Below are positions 23,070 through 32,843 of a stretch of DNA of 64,000 nt, in pieces. Origin of the DNA: an uncultured Planctomycetota bacterium. Lineage in GTDB: Bacteria; Planctomycetota; Planctomycetia; Isosphaerales; Isosphaeraceae. How positions within the stretch are numbered: the stretch's first letter is position 1; every line of letters begins with the position of its first letter. The stretch spans positions 608,001-672,000 of the forward strand of contig CAWGMQ010000007.1 in assembly GCA_963823665.1 (NCBI GenBank). The letters are read 5' to 3'. A program made the position numbers and the translations under genes. Below the pieces are notes generated by a model. The model was not told the DNA's origin, did no database searches, and saw only the letters and a list, made by a program, of their open reading frames with translations.

Positions 23070-23554
23070 AGGGTGTCCCGCGTGTAGTTGAAATGTAGAG
23101 CGGCTCCCCCGGACATTTTCACGCGACGCCGGTTCGGTATCCAGTCCCTTGTTCTCGGACCGAGGACGCCAGGCTCTTCATGAGAGTCCGTATCCCGCGA
23201 TGGCTCTTCAGTCACCGGTGGTGGGATTGCACCCCCTAAGTTCATCGGACGGCATGATAAGCGAGATCCGACTCAGGTTCCCTTGCCGGAGCCATGGCGC
23301 ACGGAGGGGTTTCATGGGGCGACTGCGGCCACTCCGGGGTCGCCATCACGCACCAACCGTGACTCAGGCTCTTCGCAGCCTGAATCGTCGCCCCCGGACC
23401 CGCCTGCAACCAGCGGGGCGGGGTTCTCGCCGACCGGACATCTGCGGACGTTGCAGTCCTTAACGCCGACGGGAAAGGTTCTGGCAGCGGCGTTCCGTGA
23501 TCTTACCACACACGGCTGAAACTATCTCCCGAACAGAGAAGAATCCCAAGGATA

Positions 23555-23604
23555 CGACGTACGACGGGGACATCCCTTGCGACGTACGACAGGGACATCC
23601 CTTG
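23555..23604. repeat. 25-bp tandem direct repeat, 2 copies
   Basis: CGACGTACGACRGGGACATCCCTTG twice. Confidence 0.85.
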
Positions 23605-23685
23605 ACATACAAGCAGAATGGAAAAGGTGGGGAAGGGCGCCATTCAGAGACCAAGGCACCGCAAGCAACTACGGAGTAGCAGTTT

Positions 23686-25565
23686 CTAACTTGCCCAGTC
23701 AACCGCCACGTCCAGGGCTGTCCCCTGCGCCCCACCGGTCGGCTGGGAGATCGCCTTGCCTTTCAGGAGCGCATCGACATCCCGCCAAAGGGCCTCCCAT
23801 GCCTTCTGCTCGTCGGCGAAGAGCTTTTTGAGAGCATCCCGCTCACGGATGCCGGCGAGATCGGGGTCAACCTTCCAGTGCCCAAGGTTCTGGACGACGA
23901 CGGGGCGGGCCCGGGGACCTGGGCTTTGAAGGATCTTGCCCCAGTCGGCGAGCTCGGCCGTCAGCCAGTCGCGCGCCTGGTCGCGTAGCCGGCGGCGGGC
24001 GGCCTCGTCCGGCGGTGGGACGTCCTTCGATTGACCCGAGCCAGCCAAGGCGGCGGCGCAAACGGCGTTGTAGCGATGGCGGAGTCCAGGATCTCGCCAG
24101 CCTCCTCGGATCGGCCTCGGGCCTTTAGCGCCCGGCCGAAACAACCCAGATGAAGGCCGTTCCGGGCACGGATGAGGCAGAGCTGGCGAAAGACCTCGAT
24201 CGCCTCGTCCGACTCGCCCCGGTTTTCCAGGGCATGGGCCAGCTCGTGGGCCGTCTCGGGACGGATCGCGCGCGCGGCAGTAAAGTAGCGGATGGCCTCG
24301 TCGGTCCGGTCGACCGCCTCCAGCACGCGGGCCAGGTTGTAATTGACCCAGACGTCGTCCGGGTGCCGGCGCTGTGCGCAGCACCGCCTCGGCCGCCGCG
24401 CGGTCCCCGGCCGTATCCAGGGCCAACCCAGCAGGTTCAGGCTCACGGGGCCGAGCTCGTCGAACCGGGCGTCTTTCGCCAGGGCGATCAGCTCGGCCTC
24501 GGACCCGCAGGCGTCCAGCCGCGCCACGGCGTCGGCGGTTGCGCCCTCGGTCGCCTTGCGGATGATCTCGGTCGCGGCCCGGCCCGTGAACGCCGGCATC
24601 CCGGTGAGGACCTCGCAGAGGATCGATCCCAGCGCGAAGACATCGGCCTGCTCGTCGCCCCGATCGGTCTGGCCCCGCGCCTGCTCGGGGGGCATGTAGC
24701 TCGGCGTGCCCATGATCGAGCCGGCGCGGGAGTGGTCCCGGTCCGAGCCGCTCTGCGCCGTGGTGATCAGGGTCTCCTCGGGCGGCTCCTGGCCCGCCCT
24801 CGCATCGGCGGCGACACCGCCCCGCGGCAGGACCCGCGCCAGGCCCCAGTCCATCACCTGGACCTCGCCGAAGCTGCCGACCATCACGTTGGAGGGCTTG
24901 AGGTCGCGATGGATCACCCCGCGGGTGTGGGAGTAGGCCATTGTCTGCGCGATGGCCGCGAAGATCGACAGGAACCGGGGCAGGTCGTCGGCCGGCCCTG
25001 AGCGGTCCTCGAGCAGGTCGGCGAGTGTCTGCCCTTTCACCAGCTTCATGCTGAAGAACGGCCGGCGGTCGGCGAAGGTGCCCAGCTCGTAGATCGGCAC
25101 CACGCCCGGGTGCTGGAGCTGGCCGCCGATCTGGGCCTCCTCGACGAAGCGGCGGACCAGGTCGGCCTTGTCATGGAGGTCGGCGCGCAGGACCTTGATG
25201 GCGACGTCGCGGCCCAGGTCGGGGTCGCGGCCCTTGAGGACTGCCCCCATGCCGCCGCGGGCGATCTCACCGTCGATGCGGTAGCGGATCGACCGGTCGG
25301 CGTCAGTTGAATCGGGTCGGACGACCGGCCCCGGGGTCTCGCCCGGCGCCGTGTCCCGCAGGAGCACGCGGGGGACGGTACCGATGCTCTGTGCGATGGA
25401 GTCGAGGACGCCGGGGCCGGCCAGCTCGAACGTGCCGGTCGTCTCGTGCGACGCGGGCGACGTGCTGGGGAGCGCGGCCCCCATCAGGCAATTCGGGCAA
25501 AGCCCGCGCGGGGCGTCGGCGGGCAGCGTCGCGCCGCAATCCGGACACGTTCGCTGAGGTTTCAT
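23686..25565 (-). pseudogene. Ser/Thr kinase-TPR gene with apparent internal deletions and frameshifts
   Basis: MKPQRTCPDCG zinc ribbon; ARGGMGAV, HRDLKPSN, DWGLA. The C-lobe stops at ELIALAKD with no subdomain XI Arg and no TM. TPR pieces and the YNAxCAAALAG module lie in different frames. Confidence 0.75.
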
Positions 25566-26047
25566 GGCAAGGTCCTCCCCGGGGTTCCCGACGACCCCTC
25601 GTCGTCTTCCTCTACACATAAGAACGGGAAATCGCCCCGAGGTCACACGAATCCGCGCGGTTTCATCGAGCGAGGGCCGCGAACAGGGCCCGGGAACAGG
25701 GTATTCGATGACGTTTCGGGAAGCGATCGGGGCACGGTTGACCTCGCCTCCAGCTCCGGAGCGAGCGTGAATTCGCAGCTTCGCCGATCTGCGCGAGCCT
25801 ACTCTACGGCATGTCGGCCCGGCGTCGCAACCGACGGCCGCCAGAAGGCCGAGCCTATTTCACCGGCGCCGACGAACCCTACGAAAAACTCACGAATCGC
25901 CGGCAGATCCTTGTGATCACCTTCCTGCGGCGCGGATAATCCGCCGGGTTCTTGAATCAACGTACAATTGGACATTTTACAAGCTGCCCGCTCAGCGACC
26001 GAATACTTGTAAGGCGCCGGGGTTCGAGCTGCGGGAGGTGAGTTGAG

Positions 26048-26470
26048 GTGGGTACACGCGTTCCTGAACGTTTGTCGGTGCCCGAAGCGCGTCCTCGATG
26101 GCGCCTGGTGGTGGACGGCATTGCGCTCCTGTTAGCCGTCTCCTGCTTTGCGAGCGCCTTGTTCCTCGCCATCGCGGTGTTCTGCGCAATTCCACTCGTT
26201 TACTCTACCCTCACCAGCGATTGGCTTGGGGAGACGTTCCGTCGCTTCACTGAAGTCCCCGGAGAGATCAGCCGTTGGCTCGGCCTCGTTACCGTGAGCG
26301 CCCTACCGGGGGGGCTGAGCCTCCTGTTCGCTCGCCGCGGACGGAGCGCGCCCCGTGCCAGAATATCGGGGAGCGCGTTCCGGTTCGCGGTCTGGGGCCT
26401 GTGCATCGACGGGGCTCTGACGGTTTTTCTCGTAACCCTGCGCCCCGTTTATCGGCTGTTCAGCGGATGA
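26048..26470 (+). CDS. Small membrane protein (3 TM)
   Basis: Three hydrophobic segments; GAGG before the GTG start. Confidence 0.55.
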   Translation: MGTRVPERLSVPEARPRWRLVVDGIALLLAVSCFASALFLAIAVFCAIPLVYSTLTSDWLGETFRRFTEVPGEISRWLGLVTVSALPGGLSLLFARRGRSAPRARISGSAFRFAVWGLCIDGALTVFLVTLRPVYRLFSG

Positions 26471-26526
26471 CTCGTTTGGACAACAGCCTCGTGACTTCGT
26501 CCAAGAAGGGAAGACGACGATAACAC

Positions 26527-28002
26527 TCATCCGTAAATTACGGTCCCATATATGTTGCTGTTGCTGGTCGACGCGAGGTTCTGCGCGACCGCCGATTTCT
26601 TGAGGGTGACCACGCCGCCGGTGGCGACGTAGAGGCCACCGCCAGAGCCTTCGCTGTTGCCGAACAGAACGGTCAACGCCTCGTTCAGGAGGATATTCGA
26701 TTGGTCGAAGCTCGCGGAGCCGCCCGCGCCGACCCAGGCGCCGCCACCCCAGGCGTTGCCGCCTTTCGCTCCCGACCCGGCTCGACCGCCCTGGGCGAAG
26801 TTGCCGGTCACCAAGCTTCCGGTGATGGACAGCGAGGACGTGTCGGCGTTGCCGGAGATGCTGCCGATGGCCACCGCAATGGCACCTCCGATCCCGTCGC
26901 CGCCATTGGCCCCGGAGCCACCGGCACCGCCCTGGGCGAGATTGCGCAGGAAGAGCGTGTTGCTGACGCTCGCGGTGGCGTTGTTTTCGAGAGCCAAGCC
27001 GCCGCCGATGCCGTCGCCACCTGAGCCGCCGCCCGCCCCGGCGCCGCCGATCGCCGTGTTAACCATCACGTTGCTGCCGGCGAGCGCGACACTCCCACCA
27101 CTGCTCAAGATGCCGCCGCCGGCTGCCAGGCCGCCGCCGCTTTCGCCCGTCGCCTTGTTGTTGTTGATCGTGCTGGAGGAGACTTTGAGCGTGGCCGTGT
27201 GGGGCATGCCAAAGGCGGGGGTGACCGTGTTGGCAATGCCACCGCCGGTGGTGGCGGAGTTGCCACTGACCGTGCAGTTGTTCAGCGTGAGCGTCGGGCT
27301 GAAGAGGTAGTTCGTGTTGTACAGCCCGCCGCCGCTCGTGCCGGCGGTGTTACCGCTGACGGTGCTGTTCGTCAGCGTCATCTTGCCGCCCCTGTTGACC
27401 AGGCCGCCACCGTCGTCGGTGGCGGTGTTGCCGCTCACGGTACTGTTGGTGAGCGTGGCTGTGGCCTGGAAGTTGAAAATGCCACCGCCGGCGACGGCGT
27501 TGTTGCCGCTGACGGTGCAGTTGGTCAGCGTCATCGTGCCGTTGCTGTACACTCCGCCGCCGTAGTAGCTGCCGGCGTTGCCGCCGGTGATCGTCAGCCC
27601 CGAGACGGACGCGGTGACACCGCTGTCGACCTGGAACACCCGGCTCGAGTTGTTGCCGGAGACGGCCACCGCGCCGGAGCCCGATCCATTGTAGATCTTG
27701 GTCGCATTGCTCGTGTTGCTCAGCTCGAGCTGACCCTGCTCGAGCGCCACGGTTGCCGCCCCGGGACCCAGGTCGAACTCGATGGCGCTGGGACTTGTCG
27801 CCGCATTAGCCTGCTCGACGGCCCAGCGCAGCGTGCCCGGGGTGAGAGTGGCCGGATCGGCCGCGCTCGTGACCTGGAACGTCGACAGCAGCCGCCGGTC
27901 CTCCAGCGTCATCACGGTCGGCAGCATCCGCCGCCGCCGATTCCGGGACTCGACCGCTGCCCGCCCGCTCCGTCGCTGCTCTCTCGCTTCCTTGCGACTC
28001 AT
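26527..28002 (-). CDS. Secreted Gly/Asn/Thr-rich right-handed beta-helix (Pmp-like GGG[IL]xN repeat) protein
   Basis: RRRRMLPTVMTLEDRRLLS motif; GTLRWAV; repeated TLTNxTVSGNxA..GGG[IL]xN. Confidence 0.85.
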   Translation of the reverse strand: MSRKEAREQRRSGRAAVESRNRRRRMLPTVMTLEDRRLLSTFQVTSAADPATLTPGTLRWAVEQANAATSPSAIEFDLGPGAATVALEQGQLELSNTSNATKIYNGSGSGAVAVSGNNSSRVFQVDSGVTASVSGLTITGGNAGSYYGGGVYSNGTMTLTNCTVSGNNAVAGGGIFNFQATATLTNSTVSGNTATDDGGGLVNRGGKMTLTNSTVSGNTAGTSGGGLYNTNYLFSPTLTLNNCTVSGNSATTGGGIANTVTPAFGMPHTATLKVSSSTINNNKATGESGGGLAAGGGILSSGGSVALAGSNVMVNTAIGGAGAGGGSGGDGIGGGLALENNATASVSNTLFLRNLAQGGAGGSGANGGDGIGGAIAVAIGSISGNADTSSLSITGSLVTGNFAQGGRAGSGAKGGNAWGGGAWVGAGGSASFDQSNILLNEALTVLFGNSEGSGGGLYVATGGVVTLKKSAVAQNLASTSNSNIYGTVIYG

Positions 28003-28222
28003 GATGCTCTCGCTTTCTTGTGATGAAAAAGCTTTCTTACGCCTTCACTAACGCTCGAACGGCACACTCCCGTTTTCTCGTGGCCTCGGACACCGATGGC
28101 TCAAATCAGTGAGTTCACTCTGCTGTCTTCAACGCGACAGAAGCGCGCGAAACCCCTCACTCCCCTTGAAAAACTCTCGCGATTTTCTCGGAATGGCCGT
28201 CGTCGCCGGAATCTCCTCGGTC

Positions 28223-29327
28223 TCAGGGCTCGTTCCTAGTCCCGTCCGTGGGCTTCGCCAGCTTGGTCCGCCATTCGGCGGCCTTGTCCTTCTTGCCCCA
28301 CTCCTCGTAAAGCCGGATGACACGTTCGCCGCCCTCCGCGAGGCGCGGCATGCCAGGCGGGTGGATCTTGGCCTCGCGCGCCTTCATGCCCTCGTAGCCC
28401 GAGACAATCAGCGGCTCGGCCTCGGCGTACTTCTTCTGGCCCAGCAGGCTGTCGCCGAGCAGGCTGCGGGTGTTGAAGGTGGTCCACTCGTCGGGCTGCA
28501 CCTTCTCGCGGATGGCCAGGCACTCGCGCAGAACGGGCTCGGCCTCGGCCCATTTGCCCTGATGGATGAGGCTCAGGCCCCGTACGGCCATGATGCCGGC
28601 GGTCCTGGGATTGTCAGCCCCGAACCGCTTACGAGCGCCGTCCAGGCCGGCGCGGAACAACGGCTCGGCCTCGGGGCCGCGGCCGGTCTGATCCAGGAGG
28701 TTGGCCAGGTCGAGCGTCAAGTCTAGGGTCAATTCGCCGTCCGATCCCTGTGCCTTGCGGTAGCCCTCGAGCGCCCGGCGAAAGAGTGGTTCGGCCTCGG
28801 TCGGTCGGTCGGCGTTCAGGGCATGAGCGAGGTTGTGGACGATCGCGAGCGTGTTGAGGTGGTCGGGGACCAGCTTCGGCTCGAGCAGCTTGAGGGCCTG
28901 CTCGAACAGTGGGACGGCCTCGCCGGCGCGGCCGATCCGCACGAGGACGGAGGCCAGGTCGAACGTCAAGACGAGGGTCAAGTCGCCGTCCGGTCCCTGC
29001 GCCTTGCGGTAGCCCTCGAGCGCCTGGCGGAACAGCCGCTCGGCCTCGGCCGGCTTGGAAGGTGCCAGCTCGCGGGCCCGCTTGTGGAGGCTGGCGAGTG
29101 CTTCGAGCGTGTCGGGCTTGCCGTCGGGCATGGCAGTCGCAGGGGCGAGAGGCTCCCGCGGAGGCACAGACGGCTTTGACCCGGCCGGAGCCTCGCGTTC
29201 CTGGACCGATGCGGTTCCACTCGGCTTCCTCCCCGTCGGTTGGGAGATCGCCTCGCCCTTCAGGAGCACATCGACGTCCTTCCAGAGTGCCTCCCAGGCC
29301 TTCTGTTCGTCGGCGGGGAGCTTCTTG
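28223..29327 (-). pseudogene. 5'-truncated C-terminal TPR portion of a Ser/Thr kinase-TPR gene
   Basis: Begins mid-module (KKLPADEQKAWEALWKDVD) directly against the repeat at 29328; EAEPLFR TPRs; PDEWTTFNTRSLLG...YAEAEPLIVSGYEGM terminal module. Confidence 0.75.
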
Positions 29328-29545
29328 GAGGGGAAAAGGTGCCAGGAACCAATTCGTCCGGACCAGAACGGGTTCCGTAGGGCAATCCGTTTGACGATCG
29401 CGCGATACATGTAAACCCACGTCCAAATGTCGAAAGCGCGATGCTGCTCCGCGAAGGTGCATCCCCGTGCCGCTTCATGCCTCTACTAATCGTGGGGATA
29501 ATGTTCGCGGAATCCGGACCCGGGCGCGATTCCCGCCGCCTTCAC
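29328..29545 (+). repeat. ~215-bp repeat, copy A (GGAAAAGGTGCCAGGAACC ... degenerate tmRNA-like 3' end)
   Basis: Colinear, highly similar alignment with 30566-30784. Confidence 0.9.
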
Positions 29546-29761
29546 TTCTTCGCCGGCCTTGGCACGAGTAACATCCAGACTATGGGCCGGGTCATGGCTC
29601 GCTGCTCGCTGACTTCGTCGAACCGGAGCTCGCCGCGCCGGAGGGTTGCCGACTCGTCGTACCGGTCTCGGCCCCGACGAACTTGAGGCGTGCCCGGCCG
29701 AGGCCGATCTGCGCCACGCTGGTATCCCGCTGGAGAGCCGAGCAGCGCTGGAGTCCCGGCC

Positions 29762-30397
29762 TCAGCCGGTCCTTTGCGACGGCAGGATATCTGACACGGC
29801 GATCAGTCCGAGCTGCTGCCCGTCGATTACGACCGGCACGCACTGCCCCTCCGGAAAGACTTCGGTGGAAAGATAGCCGGCCGGAGCCGGGTCGGTATAG
29901 ACCTCGACCTGGCGATCGCCCAGGTTGACGATCCAGTAAATGGGAATCCTGGCCGGCCCGTACACCTCGGAAGCCAGAGTGCGATCCTCCGCGAGGCTGG
30001 TGTCGGCGACTTCGACGATCAGGGCGATCTCGTTTGGACCCGGTTGGTGATCCTCGTAATCGCGGATCGTCCCTCGCACGACGCACCGATCGGGTTCGGG
30101 TTCGCTATCCCGCCCAGGGAGCCGGACCGGCTTGGCTGCCGCGACATGATATCGATCGCGAGGAATAACCCGGGTCAGCTCCGCCCCGCAGAGTTCGTCG
30201 GCCACCCGATGAGGCGGATTCTGAGTCGTCTTGGCTACCAGGTATCCGTTGATGAGATGGAATTGATTGCGGGACTTCAAGCCGCCTGATTCGACCAGCG
30301 CTTCGTATTCGTCGACGCTCATCCGGTAGAGCCGCGACGGGATCCACCCCGACTGCGACTCTGGAATCGTTTGTTGACTCGGCGCGATCGCGGACAT
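29762..30397 (-). CDS. Uma2/DUF820 family protein (restriction-endonuclease-like fold)
   Basis: YRMSVDEYEALVESG, EPEPD, LIVEVADTSLAEDR, IPIYWIVNLGDRQVEVYTDP. Confidence 0.9.
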   Translation of the reverse strand: MSAIAPSQQTIPESQSGWIPSRLYRMSVDEYEALVESGGLKSRNQFHLINGYLVAKTTQNPPHRVADELCGAELTRVIPRDRYHVAAAKPVRLPGRDSEPEPDRCVVRGTIRDYEDHQPGPNEIALIVEVADTSLAEDRTLASEVYGPARIPIYWIVNLGDRQVEVYTDPAPAGYLSTEVFPEGQCVPVVIDGQQLGLIAVSDILPSQRTG

Positions 30398-30548
30398 GCG
30401 AGCTGATCCTTCCCTTCGGCTGCGGGCGTGATTGGGCACTTTCGCTGCTCACTGCATTGTACTCTGGTAACAGACCCAGTTGAAGCCGCCGCAGCCGGGC
30501 CTCACTGCTCGCTCCCGAAGCGCTGACTCCGTTGTCTGGGTGGCTAGT

Positions 30549-30784
30549 GAGGGGAAAAGGTGCCAGAGGGGAAAAGGTGCCAGGAACCAATTCGCCCGGA
30601 CGACAACGAGTTCCGTAGGGCAATCCGTTTGACAATCGCGCGATACATGTAAATCCCCGTCCAAATGTCGCAAGCGCGATGCCGCTCCGCGAAGGTACAT
30701 CCTCGTCCCTCTTCACACTGCAACTGATCTTGGGGAAAACGTTCGCGGAATCCGGGACGCGGGTGCAATTCCCGCCGCCTCCAC
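30549..30784 (+). repeat. ~215-bp repeat, copy B, with a duplicated 17-bp left end and an intact tmRNA-like T-arm/acceptor strand
   Basis: GAGGGGAAAAGGTGCCA x2; ends GGACGCGGG-TGCAATT-CCCGC-CGCCTCC-AC (30755-30784). Confidence 0.9.
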
Positions 30785-30807
30785 ATCCTATGTTGTAATT
30801 CGTCTGA

Positions 30808-31269
30808 TTATGATGCGTTACGACTACAAGCGGTGCGCGGCGAGACGCCCAGAACCTGGGCACACTCAGAGAGTGTCAAGCCGCCGAAATGTCGTAGCTG
30901 GACGAGCTCAGCAAGTTTTGGCTGGTCGACCGCCAGCCGTGAGAGGGCAATATCGAGTGCTTCGATGTTGGTATCTTCCGGCGTTGTAGCCAGTTGCTCG
31001 GTTTCAAGATCGACGCGGCGCCCGCCTCCTCGCTTGGCGGCGTTCCTGGCGCGGGCGTGGTCGACGAGGATCCGACGCATCGCCTGCGCGGCCGCTTTCA
31101 AGTAGTCGCTGCGCGACGCGAACGACCGCTCGCCGCCGAGCTTCAAAAATACTTCGTGAACAAGAGCCGTGGCGTCGAGGGTATGGCCGGGCTTTTCCGA
31201 TGCGAGCTTCGCCGCCGCGAGCTGGCGGAGTTCGTCGTACACGTACGGAAGGAGTTCCGCGGGGTTCAT
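30808..31269 (-). pseudogene. ECF sigma factor (TIGR02999/ECF43-like), 3'-truncated
   Basis: LLPYVYDELRQLA, HTLDATALVHE, AMRRILVDHAR. It ends VSPRTACSRNAS instead of ...W.YARA.L (compare 53898..54470) and no kinase follows. Confidence 0.75.
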
Positions 31270-31277
31270 TTCATCAT

Positions 31278-32006
31278 TCAGTTGGCGGAGGCGATCACTC
31301 GTTGCCAGCGTGCCGGCACGGTGTCCCATGCCGATTGGTAGGTTACTTCCAGAGGCACCATGACGTACAGCTCTGGTGCGAGAAAGAGCGGCATGTCGGG
31401 CAACGCGTCCCCGACGCCGACAGTTTCAATGTAGGCCCTCGTGCAGAGGTCCGCATCGTAAGCGACCATGGTGAGCGGTTTCTCCGGAGGTAGTTCAAAC
31501 GGCTCGTCAGTGAATTGTTCCCAGATCGCTGAGTGAATGCCGTTCGGATCCCGGCGACCGGGAGGAAACGGGTCGAGCAAAAGCAGATGAATCCGTTGCT
31601 CCATCAATTCGCAGGCCTTCTGTACGAACGCTCGGAAGGAGTTGGCATTGTTTTTGTTTCCCGGCGAGACGATTTCGACGATGGCGACAATGTGATCCCC
31701 GCTGACGTGACGGACTGCCACCATGCTTTTCTTGCGCTGTTGGAACTCGCCGGGGAGTTCGGTGTAGTACGTCGTCTTGGGACGTGCCTGAGTCGCGACA
31801 CCCCCGCCGTTGTAAGCCGTGGCGACCGTCCGGTCTTGCAACGTCAAGACATCCGGCCCAAACCCGGCAGCCACTTGCTCAGCAAGGGCATAATAATCGG
31901 GTGGCAGCAACCCTCGGTTCAGCGCGCGTTTGATTTCCGAGATCCACTCGTGGTGGAAATCGTGGTAGATCCCGGCATCCACGCGAGTCCAGTCGTGCAT
32001 TGGCAT
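31278..32006 (-). CDS. DUF4058 family protein
   Basis: MPMHDWTRVDAGIYHDFHHEWI, VAIVEIVSPGNK, IHLLLLD, LPDMPLFL. Confidence 0.85.
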   Translation of the reverse strand: MPMHDWTRVDAGIYHDFHHEWISEIKRALNRGLLPPDYYALAEQVAAGFGPDVLTLQDRTVATAYNGGGVATQARPKTTYYTELPGEFQQRKKSMVAVRHVSGDHIVAIVEIVSPGNKNNANSFRAFVQKACELMEQRIHLLLLDPFPPGRRDPNGIHSAIWEQFTDEPFELPPEKPLTMVAYDADLCTRAYIETVGVGDALPDMPLFLAPELYVMVPLEVTYQSAWDTVPARWQRVIASAN

Positions 32007-32041
32007 GGATCACCTCCTGCCGAGATTATACTGCGCCGGGT

Positions 32042-32167
32042 TCATTTCTTCTCCGTCGGCTTGCCTTCGGGATACTTCGCCCGTTCGGCCTGCCACTTTT
32101 TGACTTCCTCGGGCTTGTTTGTGGCGGTGTATAGCTCGATCAGCGCATCAAGGGCTTCGGGAATACG
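32042..32167 (-). pseudogene. Orphan 41-aa C-terminal tail of a kinase-TPR protein
   Basis: Manual translation RIPEALDALIELYTATNKPEEVKKWQAERAKYPEGKPTEKK*, homologous to the RLAEGGERVIRLYEEWGKKDKAAEWR tail at 28223. Confidence 0.65.
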
Positions 32168-32540
32168 GCGGTGTCAGCCTTTGTTTTCGGTCGCTCAGTT
32201 GAATAACGGATGGTAGCGAAGTCCCGATCAGAGGCGGGCTACAAGATCAGCGGGCGACGGAAGCACGGTCTCGAATTTTTGGCCCGTGAACGCGGACGAC
32301 ATTCCAATCGCATGCTCGCGCCATTGAGTATCTCAAACCGGCGATGTTCATCATAAATATTTCGCCAATAAAAGTTCAGGCCGTCGATGTCGGAACAACT
32401 CTGAGTCAAGACGTATTGTAATTCACCTGCGTCGCTGCCGGAATCCCGACCAATACCCGATCCGCCGCCGATCTTTAGTGCGAATGGGGCCGACGAGCGC
32501 TCAGCTTCGTCTATCAAGGCTGATCGGCGCCTACTCGGGG

Positions 32541-32626
32541 TTGTCCGGGCCTCGTAGCTCCGAGCAACGTTGAGTTCCTCGACGAGCGTGCAGTAGTTCA
32601 GCACCGATCGCTTGGATCGGACCCGT
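32541..32626. repeat. ~87-bp direct repeat, copy 1 (copy 2 at 35001-35086)
   Basis: Ungapped alignment at offset 2460: TTGTCyGGrCCTCGTAGCwCCGAGCAACGTTGArTTCCTCGACGAGCGTGCArTAGTTCAG... Confidence 0.9.
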
Positions 32627-32843
32627 ACGATCATACGTCCAAGTCCCACCGCCCCGACTCCGTGTAACATCAAATCCCGTCGTTGGTTGCGAATGCGACC
32701 GGCGACGGGATTTGAACTCTTGTTGGGGGTAGTTGTTCGAACGGCGGATTTCAAACTCTGCATGGAATCAGGTAAAATCTCGCCGTCTGAACCAATGTCG
32801 ATACAGACCCCGGACGCGGTCAAAATGGCATGAAATAATCGAC

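Noticed and set aside
25600..25950. ECF gene upstream of the 25565 kinase
   Set aside because: No sigma-like reading frame found; only a possible promoter-like GTGACC..CGTTCT motif, too weak to call.
28223..29410. ORF-track start at 29410 (MYRAIVKRIALRN...)
   Set aside because: This N-terminus is just the translated 215-bp repeat; the same peptide appears at ~30650.
30400..30784. Full tmRNA (ssrA) gene
   Set aside because: No GGGGGCG-type 5' end at the expected distance and no tag reading frame found; only the terminal ~30-40 nt are tmRNA-like.
22996..30784. Integron attC cassette array
   Set aside because: The repeats lack RYYYAAC/GTTRRRY cores and attC symmetry; no IntI gene.
32239..32823. 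194-aa minus-strand ORF
   Set aside because: It runs through the repeat and the hairpin and has no recognisable domain; at most a decayed fragment.
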